From: Lytechinus pictus
Taxonomy: Eukaryota
Length of the DNA stretch: 64,000 nucleotides
Direction: 5' to 3'
NCBI RefSeq assembly: GCF_037042905.1
Contig: NC_087245.1
Location: 42,472,001 to 42,536,000, forward strand
The notes below the pieces were generated by a model that was given only the letters and a program-made list of their open reading frames with translations, did not search any database and had not been told where the DNA came from. Of this stretch, positions 51,128-64,000 are shown one piece after another. Both the position numbers and the translations under genes were made by a program. Each line of letters begins with the position of its first letter. Position 1 is the first letter of the stretch.

Positions 51128-53459
51128 AATATTTCAATTATGCCACAAAACACCTGGGAGGAAATTTTATATTTTCTTGCGATTACTTGCTTGGATTGTT
51201 GGAGATAGCATTGCTGCAATTATAATATAGACTTGTTAGAAGTATGGATAGATATGAAGGACTTTCGATTTAAATATGAAACATTTTAAGGAAATGAGAT
51301 AATTTTTAATAATAAATTTGTACGAATTGAAGGGAAATGCATATTTGACCAAAAATTATATGGAAAAAATATTTACAGATTGAAACATAGTATGGATAAT
51401 GATGGAAACTTAAGGTCATTTCCATACTTCCAAAGACAGGGATTAAACATAAATTATTTTCATTTGATAGACTCAATTTATAAAACTATTCCAGTCAGCT
51501 GGAAACGAAATATGAAAATAGATAACAAAGAAGATTCTCTTAGGGAAGAAATGTCGTTTATATCTGGAAAAAGAATTTTGTCAATATAGAGGAGTTAGTA
51601 TCTAAAAATGTTTATGCAAATTTTATGAAAGGTAACTTCGCAATACCTGATGTTTTCGAAATGTTAAAAAACAAATATAGTTTTTCTTATGAAAAGATTG
51701 AACACATTTTTATGAGACCAAGACAGTGTACTCTGAACAGCAGATTAAGAGAGTTTCAGTTTAAAATGCTGCACGGCATTGCTTATACAAATTTGTTCCG
51801 TTTTAAAATCTCGCAAAATAATCTTTGTTGTTATTGTAAAAAGAAAAGGAAACATATCACCATCTATTTTTGGAATGAGAATATGTTTGTTTGGTTTGGA
51901 ATAATTGAAAGGAGATGTTTTGTTTTATATCTATGGGTAATTTAAGCTGGGAGGAAATTCTTGTAGGTGTAGAATTAAAGGATGAAGGAAAGGAACGTTC
52001 GGTCAATCATTTTGTAATCTCTGTAAAATTTTTAATCTTCAAAGGGAGGGAAAAGGGCGCACTTATAACCATGAACGAAATTAAAAGGAAATTTAAAGAA
52101 GAAGAATGAAAAGGAAAAAAGGCTGGTGTTAGGTAGAGGCAAGATGTCTCTATACATTTAAGGAAATGGGACAATCTAAATTAATATATAGGGAGAGGCA
52201 GAGGTACGGTGGAGGCAGGAAGTTTGCATGCACCCGGGAGGTTCGGGGAAAGTTTGGCGCTTGCCGGGCATCGTGGGATTTGCTGTCTTATGAGATATTT
52301 GTGCTGTCGTGGCGAATTTGGTATCAAACAAATGAGTATACCATGCCCCTTCATCACATTGCTTTATCATCAGGAGTTGAAAAATATTTAGGTGTCATTT
52401 TCCCCAAAATCTTCATATTTTAGACAAATTAAAAATAAAAACTTGACATAAACATTTCATATCTGTGCTATAGTTACTTCTCAACACAGACATTTCAGAT
52501 TACACTTTTTTATTCAGTGGTGACATATCATGATAGAAAATATAATATAAATCATAGATTTAACATTCATATATTTTTATGAAACGATGTGTGAAAATAA
52601 CAAACAATAGAATATATTTGGCACGAATATTACTTTTTTTCTTTAAAGAAAATTCTACCTGAAATATACTTTAATCCCAACGGCATCCCAATCATGTGAA
52701 AGAGCTTAATATGCTCTTTCATTTTGATACCGAGTTCGTCATGGGAGTATTGAGTATTGGGGGATATGGCAAGTTTTGCGATGTTTGGCGGCGGACAAAT
52801 GGATTTCACTGAATTCCATGGGTGTATGTGGGCTTTTGGACTCAGCTGCATACAGCGAGAGACAAAACCACAAAAAAATACTTGTCTCTCTTTTTTCTTG
52901 CAGAAAAAACAGGTATTCTGGGAATTGGAGTCCCTTCCATGTAGAGTAGGCATAAAGGGGAGAGTGCTCCTTATCTGGGGACGGAGCGGGGGGATGGGAG
53001 GTAGAACATCACCTTTTTTCAATCATTGTTTTTTTCTCTTGTCATTAATTTTGATACATCTTGTTAATATTTCATTTTGTAATTGTTGAAACGCATCAGT
53101 ATCAATTTCCAGTATCTTTGAAGCTTGTTGTATAATTTGTATAATTATATGAGATATAGATTTATTGTATAATTTAAAATCGTATTTCAAATAATTTGTA
53201 AAAAACTTGTTTATGGAATGTGTATTTTGATTTGAATACAATAAAAACATCCTTAAAACAAAAAACTACTACTCGACAAGTACCACTGTTTCAATCATGG
53301 CGCGAATCGTTACAGTATGAAGCACGGATAAACGAGATAGTTCCCATCAAGATATTGCAGATTACATTTCGAGGTATTGACGAACAAATTTTGTGTTAAA
53401 GAAAGAACTCTATACCACTAACTCTATATTTTGGCTCAGTTGCAAATGGCCTTGCACCC

Positions 53460-54368
53460 CAGTGGCGTAACAGGGATCGGTGGCTAGGGAGGGGGGGGGG
53501 GGGGGGGGGCAAGAGCCAAAAATTTCCCGGTCATATCATGGTATGAACAGGCGTAGTGATGTAATGAGGCGACGATTTTGAGAGGGCCAGATATTGTGTA
53601 TCAGGCAGAATTTATCTTTAAAAAAAAATTGTGAGGGAGCGAAGCGAGCGAGCAAAAATGTTGACATTTTTAATACAAAAATCAAATTTTGACATGATAT
53701 CCAGAGAATAATATATTTCACTCTTCTCTCCTTCCATTCCTTTTTTGTGGTCTGTATGCCTTTGTGAACATGATTCTTTGCAGCAGTAGGGGGCGTTATA
53801 GAGCCATTTGAATGTTATAGATGAAGAGCCCCTACTGCGTGGGGTCTGGGGCAAAGCCCCGGTAGCTTATTTGCATAAAATTTAGCAAGCTTATAGTTAT
53901 AGCACAATGTTGTATATGCAGTCCATCTTTCTTCCTTCTCTTTATTTTCTATCGTCGGCAGCCCGGTCATGTTATTAAGTTTTTTTCTTGTCCCTTTTCT
54001 TTGTTTTCCAATTTTGCTTTTTACTAATTCCATTCCATCTACATTTCCCGCTATGTTTGGCATTTTGTCATCTTTTAATTCATTTCCCATCATGCTATTG
54101 CATTACATAGGCCTATTTCGGAATGATTTGTTCTTTCTCAAATGTTCTTTCGTTCCTTTTCCCGCTTTCCTTCCTTTTCCATTAAAAATGTATTTTTCTT
54201 TTCACTTTTCCCTTTCCTTTTCCCTTTCCTTTTCCTCCTTTCCTTTTCCCCTTTCCTTCTTCTTTCCCTTTCTTTCTCCCTCCCTTTTCTTTTTTTCCCC
54301 GTTTTTTAATTTCCCGGTGAAATCCGCCAGGGGGCAACTTGCCCCCCCCCCCGCCTGTTACGCCACTG
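53460..54368. mobile_element. hAT-type non-autonomous element
   Basis: TIRs CAGTGGCGTAACAGG / CCTGTTACGCCACTG with an 8-bp TSD TTGCACCC. Confidence 0.8.
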
Positions 54369-54410
54369 TTGCACCCTCTCCTTTGGTGATCATCATTCTT
54401 TTTATCCTCT

Positions 54411-54679
54411 CTATGCAAGTGTCATTCCAGATGTGTGCCAAAAACTTGTGCTTCTGTAGTCTTCAGGTGATTTGCAATACTGTATTTGGCCCCCTTGTAA
54501 CGCCAGACTCACACAAACGGTATGGTCAAAAATGTTTAACCATACTAACCAGCCGCCACTGTAGAGGATATTGGTAATGGATTTTCTTTCGTACTCGGCC
54601 AATGGTGATCCAGCATTCCTGATCAGATCGTAGTAGTATATCCGTCCATCATGATAATAAGACCAGAAGAGACGTTGAT
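54411..54679 (-). CDS. Terminal exon of a YWTD (LDLR class B) beta-propeller-like protein
   Basis: - strand pyrimidine tract..taaag|AT; (D)QRLFWSYYHDGRIYYYDL...ILYSGGWLVWLNIFDHTV...GMTLA*. Phase matches the exon at 61156-61274. Confidence 0.72.
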
Positions 54680-55688
54680 CTTTAGTATATAAATTGCAGA
54701 AAGGAGAGAGAAGTCTAATAAGTTCAAATACTATAAAAGGTGTTACTTGCACGGATGTGACATCGAGGCACAAAGTCAACTGCACGCGCATGCTCTACAT
54801 AGTAAAAGAATTCATACATCATTGATTTATGTGAGCACTCGCTTGCTATTTAAGAGCTTAATGGGAGTTTCATCAAATGTTTTAAAATTTTGAACAACAT
54901 TATCGAACTTTAAAATATTTGAAACTGAACATGGCTATTCAAATTTTAAACACTCTGTTTTAACATTGAACAATACCTAACCATATCATATAGTAGGATG
55001 GTAAAGCGTTTTATTGTGAGTATAACTTTCGTTTGGGACTCTGGTTGTTTTCGTTCAAGATGAAGCTTTGATAACTCCAATTCAAAAGCATTATTATGTT
55101 ATTATGCTCTTATCACAGTATATTAAAAGAAACTGACAGAGTTGGGAACTATTTCCAGAATCGCCCAGAATTTGAAAGCTGACCGGATTCAATTAAAATA
55201 TCGACAATATATATGAACATAATTTTTTGCTATTCATCCGACAAATCTGGCAGGTAGTTGCCTAGCTGGTTTATTTATTTTTATTTATTCATCTATTACG
55301 TGTTATTTGAACAGGGTAACCCCATCAGTAGTCAAGTACTGTTGTACTTTTGGGCCCTGTATAACATAAAACAAAACAAAATACAAACATAATTTACAAT
55401 AAAAATGGAAAATACAAATCCTAAACATAATCAGATGGAAATTTCAGGTATCCATCTAATAACAGAAAATTGTATATGAAATTGAGAACAATAATTTAAC
55501 CCAGAGCTACAAGTAGAAAGTGATAGGGGAAAGAAAGATAGAAGGTAATGAAGAGATGAGATAAAGAAGAAAGATAGAGAGCTAGAGCGGGAGGAGCAGG
55601 CACACCACCATACTTTTACACTCTAACAGTTTTATTCATCCAGTGTGATGACAATTTTGCCCATTCTAAAGTAATTGCTGCTTATTTT

Positions 55689-56655
55689 TTGTCTCACCTG
55701 CATAGCAGAGTGAGACTATAGGCGCCGCTTTTCCGACGGCGACGGCGGCGGCGACGGCGGCGGCGGCGTCAACACCAAATCTTAACCTGAGGTTAAGTTT
55801 TTGAAATGACAGCATAACTTAGAAAGTATATGGACCTAGTTCATGAAACTTGGCCATAAGGTTAATCAAGTATTACCGAACATCCTGCCTGAGTTTCATG
55901 TCACATGACCAAGGTCAAAGGTCATTTAGGGTCAATGAACTTAGACCATGTTGGGGGAATCAACATCAAAATCTTAACCTAAGGTTAAGTTTTTGAAATG
56001 TCATCATAACTTAGAAAATATATGGACCTAGTTCATGAAACTTATACATAAGGTTAATCAAGTATCACTGAACATCCTGCATGAGTTTCACATCACATGA
56101 CCAAGGTCAAAGGTCATTTAGGGTCAATGAACTTTGGCCGAATTGGGGGTATCTGTTGAATTACCATCATAACTTTCAAAGTTTATGAATCTGATTCATG
56201 AAACTTGGACATAATAGTAATCAAGTATTACTGAACATCCTGTGCAAGTTTCAGGTCACATGATCAAGGTCAAAGGTCATTTAGGGTCAATGAACTTTGG
56301 CCAAATTGGGGTATTTGTTGAATTACAGCCATAAATTTGAAAGTGTGTTGGTCTAGTTCATAAAACTTGGACATAATAGTAATCAAGTATCACTGAACAT
56401 CCTGTGCGAGTTTCAGGTCACATGATCAAGGTCAAAGGTCATGTAAGGTCAAAGAACTTTGGCCACGTTGGGGGTATTTGTTGAATTGCCATCATATCTT
56501 TATAAGTGTATTGGTCTAGTTCATAAAACGTGGAAATAAGAGTAACCAAGTATCACTGAACATCTTGTGCGAGTTATAGTAGTTTTCAAAATCAGCACTG
56601 CTGCTATATTGAATCGCGTGATGCAGGTGAGACGGCCAGAGGCATTCCACTTGTT
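55689..56655 (+). mobile_element. Helentron/HINE-like element (inverted homolog of 39529-40619)
   Basis: Same subTIRs, a (GGC)n tract, tandem GGTCAAAGGTCA units and a CTTGTT end. Confidence 0.75.
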
Positions 56656-57317
56656 TAATCTTACTTGACAATATGCTTCCCGCATTGGGAAAAATACTGC
56701 CCCAAGTTGGTTGGACAGATACTTACCCTAGTGGTGGTAAAAATTATATCCAATATTTTATTGACAGTGTACCAGATCGACCGTGGTCAGGGACCAACCG
56801 AACTATGGACCTACCTTCAAATCAAAACCCCAAAGGATTCCAATTGAAAATAAAGAAAAAAGAAAAAAAAAATCCCATTGAATCCCAAACCCGGCAGGTC
56901 CCTAACCACAGCCGCGCGTCCGGCGCGGAGCTGTTCTGGGTCCATGCAGTTTGTAGTTAAACAAGATAAGAAAAAGGAGAAAAGATCTACGAGTACAAAA
57001 GTCCCAAAATACTTATATATTAAACTGGGTGTATCTATGCCTCCAATATATGACGATGTAAATGAAGATTTTGATGTGGAGTTTTTAATGTCGTTAGGAA
57101 GTTGATTCCACAGGCACGCACCGTGATGGGAGAAAGCTCTTTCACCAGCTTTGGTGCGTGCCTGTGGAACCATGATTCCACGGGTTACACTTCGTAATTC
57201 CGAGGGTTCGTAATTCCGAAGGTTCTTTATTCCGAAACACGTAAATTGCCTATACCTCGATGTTCGTTAATCCGAAAACGAAAAAGGGTTCGTTAATTCG
57301 AACATTTGTGGCGTTAT

Positions 57318-57912
57318 TCCGAAAACGAAATGAGGTTCGTTGTTCCGAAGGTTCGTTAATCCGAAAACGAAATAAGGTTCGTTGTTCCGAAGGTTCGTTA
57401 ATCCGAAAACGAAATAAGGTTCGTTGTTTCGAAGATTCGTTAATCCGAAAACGAAATAAGGTTCGTTGTTCCGAAGATTCGTTAATCCGAAAACGAAATA
57501 AGATTCGTTATTCCGAAGGTTCGTTAATCCGAAAACGAAATAAGGTTCGTTGTTCCGAAGATTCGTTAATCCGAAAACGAAATAAGGTTCGTTGTTCCGA
57601 AGGTTCGTTAATCCGAAAACGAAATAAGGTTCGTTGTTCCGAAGGTTCGTTAATCCGAAAACGAAATAAGGTTCGTTGTTCCGAAGATTCGTTAATCCGA
57701 AAACGAAATAAGGTTCGTTGTTCCGAAGATTCGTTAATCCGAAAACGAAATAAGATTCGTTATTCCGAAGGTTCGTTAATCCAAAAACGAAATAAGGTTC
57801 GTTGTTCCGAAGATTCGTTAATCCGAAAACGAAATAAGATTCGTTATTCCGAAGGTTCGTTAATCCGTAAACGAAATAAGGTTCTTTATTCCGAAGGTTC
57901 GTTAATCCGAAA
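57318..57912 (+). repeat. 42-bp minisatellite, about 14 copies
   Basis: Unit TCCGAAGGTTCGTTAATCCGAAAACGAAATAAGGTTCGTTGT; it produces the RCSEGSLIRKRNKV ORF. Confidence 0.92.
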
Positions 57913-59124
57913 AATGAACATTAGGAAAGCAGAGGAAGGGCAAGTGTGGTGGTGGGGGGGGGGGGGGGACACCGTTGCTGTTCAATTGTTATGAGGATCG
58001 GAAGGCAAGGGCGGCCTAATGAATTTTCGTTTTGGGGGTCAATTACTGTTAAAATGTCATTATTGCGAGATGTTGCGAGCATGAATCACAAGCTCAAACT
58101 TTAGGGCATTTCAATAAGAAATGAAAATAAAAAATTCCGAGCAGGTTTCTGCTATCATTAAACCATTTAGGTCCATGAATAAACTAAAGAGTTAACACGA
58201 GCGCAAAGCGCGAGCTTAAATATACTGACCAAAAAAGGAACCTGTTAAGGACTGCATTTAGTGACCTCTTTAGGATACATAATTATTTTACCAATAGAAT
58301 AATGCGAGTGCGAAGCGCGAGCTGAAAAATTGTAATATTCCAGCCTGAAAATTAATCTAAAATGTATACTTTAAAAAGAGAATTTATTTTGAAAAAAGGG
58401 AATTTCCCATTTTGGAAAAATTGCAAATAGCATTTCCCTGTTATTTATTTTGGGGGTGCAAGTGTCCCCTGCCCCCCCCCCCCCGGCGGATCCAACTTTC
58501 GCCAATGGGGGGGGGGCGAAATTTTTTCACCCATAATTTCCCCGACCAGCAGCTCAAAATGTTTCGTTGAAAATATGATTGGCAATATGTTTGTGATCTT
58601 CAAAACAACATGCTTATGTAACTAGATAACAACTGCGAGCAAGAAGCGCGAGCAGAAATTTTAAATATAAGCTCTGACCTGATCTTAAAGGGACATGTTA
58701 AGGAATTTTTGCAGTTAGCCATGAAGACGATACATGTTTCAACCAGGGGCGGCGGAAAGTATTTTCCTTTGGGGGGGGGGGGGGGGCAAAGCCAAAAAAG
58801 GTGCACTTATATGCCAAAACGGGCATTTTGGTGCAAAACGGATATTTTCACCATGAGAATATCATCTGTGTAAAGTTGTATGTTTTGTCGTAATTAAGTT
58901 GAGCAAAGTTTTTTTCAATTAATTTTTGATTGATAAGATATACATTCAGGTTTTATTTTCGCGAGCAAGCGGTTTGGAAAAAAAATCAAATCTGAAGTTG
59001 TAAAACTCGCTTTTTGGTCAATTTATTATGGACTTAATTACTGTTTAAAGGGCATCCTTGTGAGATATTGCGATCGAATCACGAGCTCAGACTTTGGAAA
59101 TTTCATGTAGGCCTAATAAGACAT

Positions 59125-59410
59125 AATAATAATAATATTGGTTTTATCTACCAAGGGAAGCCACTTCAGTTCTGAAAACTGTTCTCCCAGCTGGCCCTAG
59201 TTACCCCGGCTTTAGCTGGGCTGCCTAGGCGCCCAAAGGAAGGCATTTAATTAATTTCTTCCTACCGGGTACCCATTCACCTCAACCGGGTTGAGTGCAG
59301 CACAGTGTGAATAACTTTCTTGTTGAAGGAAATTACGTCATGGCTGGGATTCGAACCTACGACCCTCTGTTTCATAGTCAGAAGACTAATCCACTGGTCC
59401 ACAACGCCCC
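59125..59410 (-). mobile_element. tRNA-derived SINE with (TTA)n tail
   Basis: - strand A box TGGACCAGTGG and B box GGTTCGAATCC; flanked by ACATAA repeats. Confidence 0.7.
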
Positions 59411-61155
59411 ACATAAAAAGTAAACATTCCGAGCATTTTTTGTAATCATGAAAAAAGGATAAACATTGTTAACACTAGGCGTCACGATCAATAAAATTTT
59501 ATTAACATTTATTTATCACAATTTTTATTATGATCATCGTTTGGGATTATCATGATCATTATTAGTATTATTTTTATTTTTATTACCAGCAGAAGCTCTT
59601 ATTAAAAATGACATCCCCTCCAATACAAATCCTATTATCTGGAGGTTACTTGCACGCGACCAACACACTTAATCCCCTGCATCTTTAAACCATTTGCTTG
59701 GGCAAAAATTGCTCAGATAAAATCGAAATTAAGCGTATGCTTAATCCGGCCGCCCATTCTTAATGCAATACATGCTTTGGCCACAACACACACATGTATC
59801 ATCGTTCGTTATTTTATTATTGCATAATATCATGTTATATTATAAGAACACCGTTCTTGTTACCGAAATGAAGTCATTTCATTTTCGGAAATACGAACCT
59901 TATTTAATTTTCGGATTAACGAACCTTATTTCGTTTTCGGACTAACGAACATTCGGATTAACGAACCTTCGGAATTACGAACCTCATTTCGTTTTCGGAC
60001 TAACGAACCTTCGGAATTACGAACCTCATTTCGTTTTCGGATTAACGAACCTTCGGATTTACGAACTTCATTTCATTTTCGGACTAACGAACCTTCGGAA
60101 TTACGAACCTCATTTCGTTTTCGGATTAACGAACCTTCGGAATAACGAACCTTCGGAATATCCGAACCTTCGGAATAACGAAGCTTCGGAATTACGAATG
60201 TATGCGGATTCCACGATTCAATGCATTTCTTGTATGATTGGAATGGACGGAACAATATCGGGAACAAATCTGAGAGGTAACCTGGGGCTTCGCCCTGCTT
60301 AGAATTAAACATAGTTTTGTACATTTGGAATCGCCATCATCCTTCCCAATTTAATATTGCAAACACTACTGCAGTAGGGTATTGAAATACACCTGCAAAA
60401 CCAGTCGAGCCATTCGTTTGCGCTGTTTTATCAGGTTGAGTACAGTTGGTCCAGGCGTTGCAACAGTATTCGAGATGCGGTAAATGAATATGCCAATAGG
60501 ATAATTTATCACTCGAAACTGTCATGTATTTCCGTAATCTAGCAAAAAGTGCAAGTCTAGACTTAATTTGTTTTGCTGGTTTCATTTACACGAGTTCGCA
60601 AATTGAGTTGTTCATCAAAATGAACTCCGAGATATCTGAAATTCGACACTCTTTCAATTCTATGTTGTTCAATGACGAGGTTTAGACCCAGTTTAGATCA
60701 CAGTAAATTCTTGAGTCTTTGTTGGGTTCCAAAAAGCATATACTGGGTTTCTCTTAAATTGAGTACCAAATGATTGTGCATTAACAAATGATTCACATGG
60801 TTCTTATCCATTTCAAAATATATTTATAAATACAAGCAGGTCTGCATAGGCCTACGGTTTAAATCATTCAATCTACCAGCCAAGGTAACAGTTTAAAGAG
60901 ATGTGTAACTGAAAATCATGAACAACACAAAAGCATTTAAAAAAAATCTTCTCCCCTTTTTTTACAAAAGTGATATATCATGGTTCCTTAAAAAAGTCTC
61001 ACTGATAAACGTATTACTGCACCTATTTTTTCTGGATTCTTTTTTTTTTACCGGGCTATTACCACTGCGTAAGGTTACTTTTGCTTTACTGTTAATAAAT
61101 CAATATTTATAGCTGAGCCAGCTCTCGGCATATGATATTCTCTTTCTCTCCTTAC

Positions 61156-61274
61156 CACGAACGTCCAGAGTAAACCCGCTTACTGAATTGACCTCCACAT
61201 TGGCTATTAAAGTCTGTTCTTGTCCAGTTACTGTCATCCGATATATTCCGCGAATGGTGATGAAATACAAGCAT
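61156..61274 (-). CDS. Penultimate exon of the YWTD beta-propeller-like protein
   Basis: - strand tttgcag|A...G|gtaag; CLYFITIRGIYRMTVTGQEQTLIANVEVNSVSGFTLDVR, joining in frame to DQRLFWS. Confidence 0.75.
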
Positions 61275-61300
61275 CTGCAAAGTTGATGATAAAAAACATG

Positions 61301-62803
61301 GGCCCGTATTCTGATAGCAGGTTTAACTTAAACTCAGGTCTAAAGTTGTGGTTTAAGTATGGGAAACCAAAAGTATCAAAATTTTTATCAAGTTTTATGT
61401 TTCTTATGTTTACTTTGCTCTTTCCTGATTCATCGATGGTGAAGGCAATCATCTATTTATACTTCCTAGACAATTATGATGATTTGAGAGCCAAATGAGC
61501 TGAAGTATGATATCTCTACTGTTAGTGATTTATGTAACAATTGGCTGTCCATACTTAAAATACAACTTTAAACCTGGGTTTAAAGGAAAATGAAAGGATA
61601 GATTTATTATCTGGTCATAAGCCAATTACACTTCACTAATTAAAATAAAATTAAAATGAGGCAGAACGGTTTCCCATTTCCCATGATATGCCAAGTCAAA
61701 GTTATCAATATTTTGATATTCGAAAGACCCGTGGAGGTCGCCATTTTGCTCATACTCCCCATATCTCCGTGGGGGGTTGTGACGTCAGCGACGTACAACT
61801 CAGTGTCCAACCCCGGCGAGCGCCTGTGATTGCTAGCGTAAAACAATGCTGATCAGGATGGTATACTGCCAAGCGTATGGCTGCTGAAATCGGTCAAAAA
61901 AGGGGACAAAATGCATCTAGCTTTTACCTAATTCACGATCCGCAGAAGCTGAGGCCAGAAATCTCTCTAAAAAAAATTGGGTGGCTGCTGCTGACCGTGC
62001 GCCGACGTGCCTCTAGGCTCTATACTCTATAATACCTCTAACTTAGCTCTGCTCGTTGAGCGATTTCTTCGGCCGAGTATTTGTGGCTCGAAGTCGTAGG
62101 CTCTCGGCCATCCATTTCAATACAAACGTCCGCGATATGTTTTGTTTTATTTAAAATCGACGGTAACAAATAATAAACAACGTTAGATACATAGAAATAT
62201 AACACAATCAACAATTTCCCGATATTCAAACGGGATAAATAACCAAACTTCCAACATAACACGATCACTCGGTTCAGGGTACATGACGGTCCGTACAGTA
62301 CGCACAAATTTAGCTTTGTCAAATTTGCCAATTTGGATATCGTAAATAAATTTGTAAAAATTTTCATCAAAACTCATCAATTTGTGTTTTTAATCCATAA
62401 AATAATTTAAATAGCTTTTTAATATTATTTCTAAGTGTTTTAAGTGTATATTTTATTTATTTCTGGTAAAAAAAAGTATCTATATTATGCAAACTTGGGG
62501 GGCGGTTTCAGCCCGTATAGCTAGCTATGCGTTATGCACATGGAAGTACCGATACTACCGAGAGCAGTTGTACGTCGCTGACGTCACAATTTTGAACGAA
62601 CCCCACAACAATGGCGATCTCCATTCAGAAACTTCGAACCTGAAGAAGCCCAACTTTGAAGAGGTGGTACTCGATACTGGGAAATCAGATTGGGGTATAA
62701 GTGGATTCATTTTGATTGGCATGTACTTATCAATGATATTATGTGGTATTCAATTTTGGGTTTCATTCTCCTTTAAGTTAAACCTGCTATCAGAATACGG
62801 GCC
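61301..62803. mobile_element. Harbinger-type MITE with a nested Kolobok-type element (61584-62772)
   Basis: Outer TIR GGCCCGTATTCTGATAGCAGGTTTAACTTAAA and its complement, with TSD ATG. Inner element reads TTAA|AGGAAAATGAAA...TTTCATTCTCCT|TTAA. Confidence 0.75.
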
Positions 62804-63199
62804 ATGCAGTTTAAAGGAGGATGAAAATGGTATGCTTTCCGTCCTTCCCACACAGGACTTATTCCCCAATAGATACGGTTTTATATAGGGTTGTCGCCGA
62901 TCACCAGTTACTAGTATTGAATCGAGTTGAATGGACAATATTTTATATGATATTGAACGTGGCAACACGAATCTGGTTCTTTTAAAGATAGGGGTATCAG
63001 AGGGGTATCCTCCCCGTCAAAACCTTTAGTCAGACCATGAAACAAATACTTTACATTGACAAAAATGGTGTGAGCCCAGACTGCAGGCCTTACTGATTAT
63101 TTGCTGTAGACGTAGCGGGTCCGGTATAACACAAAGGTCCCTTAAGTAAATGCAATCAATCCTAAAAAAATGTTTGCGTTACGGGCCCCTGGTTCCGAT

Positions 63200-63951
63200 C
63201 TTCTAAAGGGACTGGGCTATTTGAGATGTATTGAGGACTGGGGGTGGGGGCATGATTCCCCCTTCTGATCTCGGCCGCCGTCTGCGCGATCGCGCCAAAA
63301 TTTGGCACGCACATTCTTTCCCACATAAACTACAAGCCAGTATAAAAACAAATTCTGAAAATAATCATTTTTTATATACAGTATTATGAATAAGATATGC
63401 AAATTTATTCGTGAAAAACATTATTTGCCAATTTAACACCCAATTTCACTTCAATTTTTCTTTTTTTTCCAGATGTCATCTTTGTAATCAAATTTAAACG
63501 TTTGCACAAAGAAAAATTGCGAAAGTCATTTTTCCCCCTATGTATTTCTTTGTTTTTAGAATTTCTTATGTATTTCGTTGTTTTTTATCTTTTGTTTCTC
63601 GTTGTTTTTTCGATGGAAATTATTACAGACCATTTAACAACTAAATTAAACCCTAAATTAATTAAGCAGACCAATTAGAATAAAAAATAATAACCCTTTT
63701 ATGAATTTTATCTCCCATAGACTTTGTACACAAAGTATAAAAATGAGCCATTTTCGGCATGACATTGTCTCGTAAAAAGTCACGCGGCGTCGCGATGCTA
63801 TACCCGTATGTTGCGAATTTGGTCTCAAAAGTTGCGCGAGACTTAAAAAAAAAAGTCAAAAAAATTTGTGGCGCTATCTTTTTGCGTTTCGGAAATATCG
63901 CGCGAAGCGTCGAGGGGGGGGGATCATGCCCCCCCCCCTGTCCTTTTAGGG
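63200..63951. mobile_element. piggyBac-like non-autonomous element
   Basis: Right end AGGG|TTAA; internal inverted GGGGGCATGAT / ATCATGCCCCC; left end degenerate. Confidence 0.4.
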
Positions 63952-64000
63952 TTAACTCAAACATCACAAAGATTTCCCATTGATTACATCACATTCTGTC

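Larger units (their letters stand above)
49890..52200 (+). mobile_element. Decayed L1/Tx1-clade LINE ORF2 (RT and zf-RVT region), with stops, frameshifts and two insertions
   Basis: RGVRQGDPLSPYLFIL, YADD, SGLKVN, KILG, FLWGG, GGLKM, LREFQFKMLHG and CCYC. Confidence 0.88.
57183..60206. mobile_element. Foldback/MULE-like element with tandem-repeat arms and cargo (poly-G repeat and SINE)
   Basis: 9-bp TSD GATTCCACG at 57174-57182 and 60207-60215; termini shared with 4298-4674. Confidence 0.75.
57040..60800 (-). mobile_element. L2/CR1-group LINE 3' fragment split by a 3-kb insertion
   Basis: The - strand encodes IKSRLALFARLRKY..PHLEYCCNAW..MYKTMFN..APGYLSDLF (60216-60800) and continues as RTKAGERAFSHHGACLWNQLP (57040-57173). 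Confidence 0.75.

Noticed and set aside
53969..54577. 202-aa Phe/Ser/Pro-rich ORF
   Set aside because: Pyrimidine-rich interior of a hAT MITE plus the antisense strand of the propeller exon.
57260..57994. 244-aa repetitive ORF, or a CRISPR-like array
   Set aside because: It is a 42-bp minisatellite with no unique spacers, inside a TE arm; the ORF is a by-product of a unit length divisible by 3.
62750..62968. Further - strand exon of the propeller gene
   Set aside because: No propeller motifs and no convincing phase-compatible splice sites.

Overview
AT-rich, intron-containing animal genomic DNA. The repeat repertoire and poly-G/poly-C tracts suggest a marine invertebrate, possibly an echinoderm; that assignment is inference. 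Three host genes can be assembled by hand from splice sites and reading frames. (1) A + strand mitofusin/Fzo-like dynamin-family GTPase with 13 phase-consistent exons from 6468 to 29207 (about 600 codons in the window; the 5' end is probably upstream and the last exon is uncertain). It keeps G1-G3 and a mitofusin-like intron pattern but appears to have lost the transmembrane hairpin and both residues of the trans G-domain salt bridge. (2) A two-exon + strand gene (42024-44674, 379 aa) with a class I SAM-methyltransferase-like fold, a degenerate motif I and an RFX X-box-like promoter. (3) The last two exons of a - strand gene with degenerate YWTD (LDLR class B) beta-propeller repeats (61274-61156, 54679-54411). 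The remainder is a dense nest of mobile-element relics: RTE-X, L1/Tx1 and L2/CR1-group LINE fragments; tRNA-derived SINEs; Helentron/HINE, hAT, Harbinger, Kolobok, Tc1/mariner and foldback-type non-autonomous elements; Transib-like ends with an RSS12-like heptamer/12-bp spacer/nonamer; and several Penelope-type relics carrying minimal hammerhead-ribozyme cores, often as long perfect inverted repeats. Most short ORFs in the supplied track are spurious.
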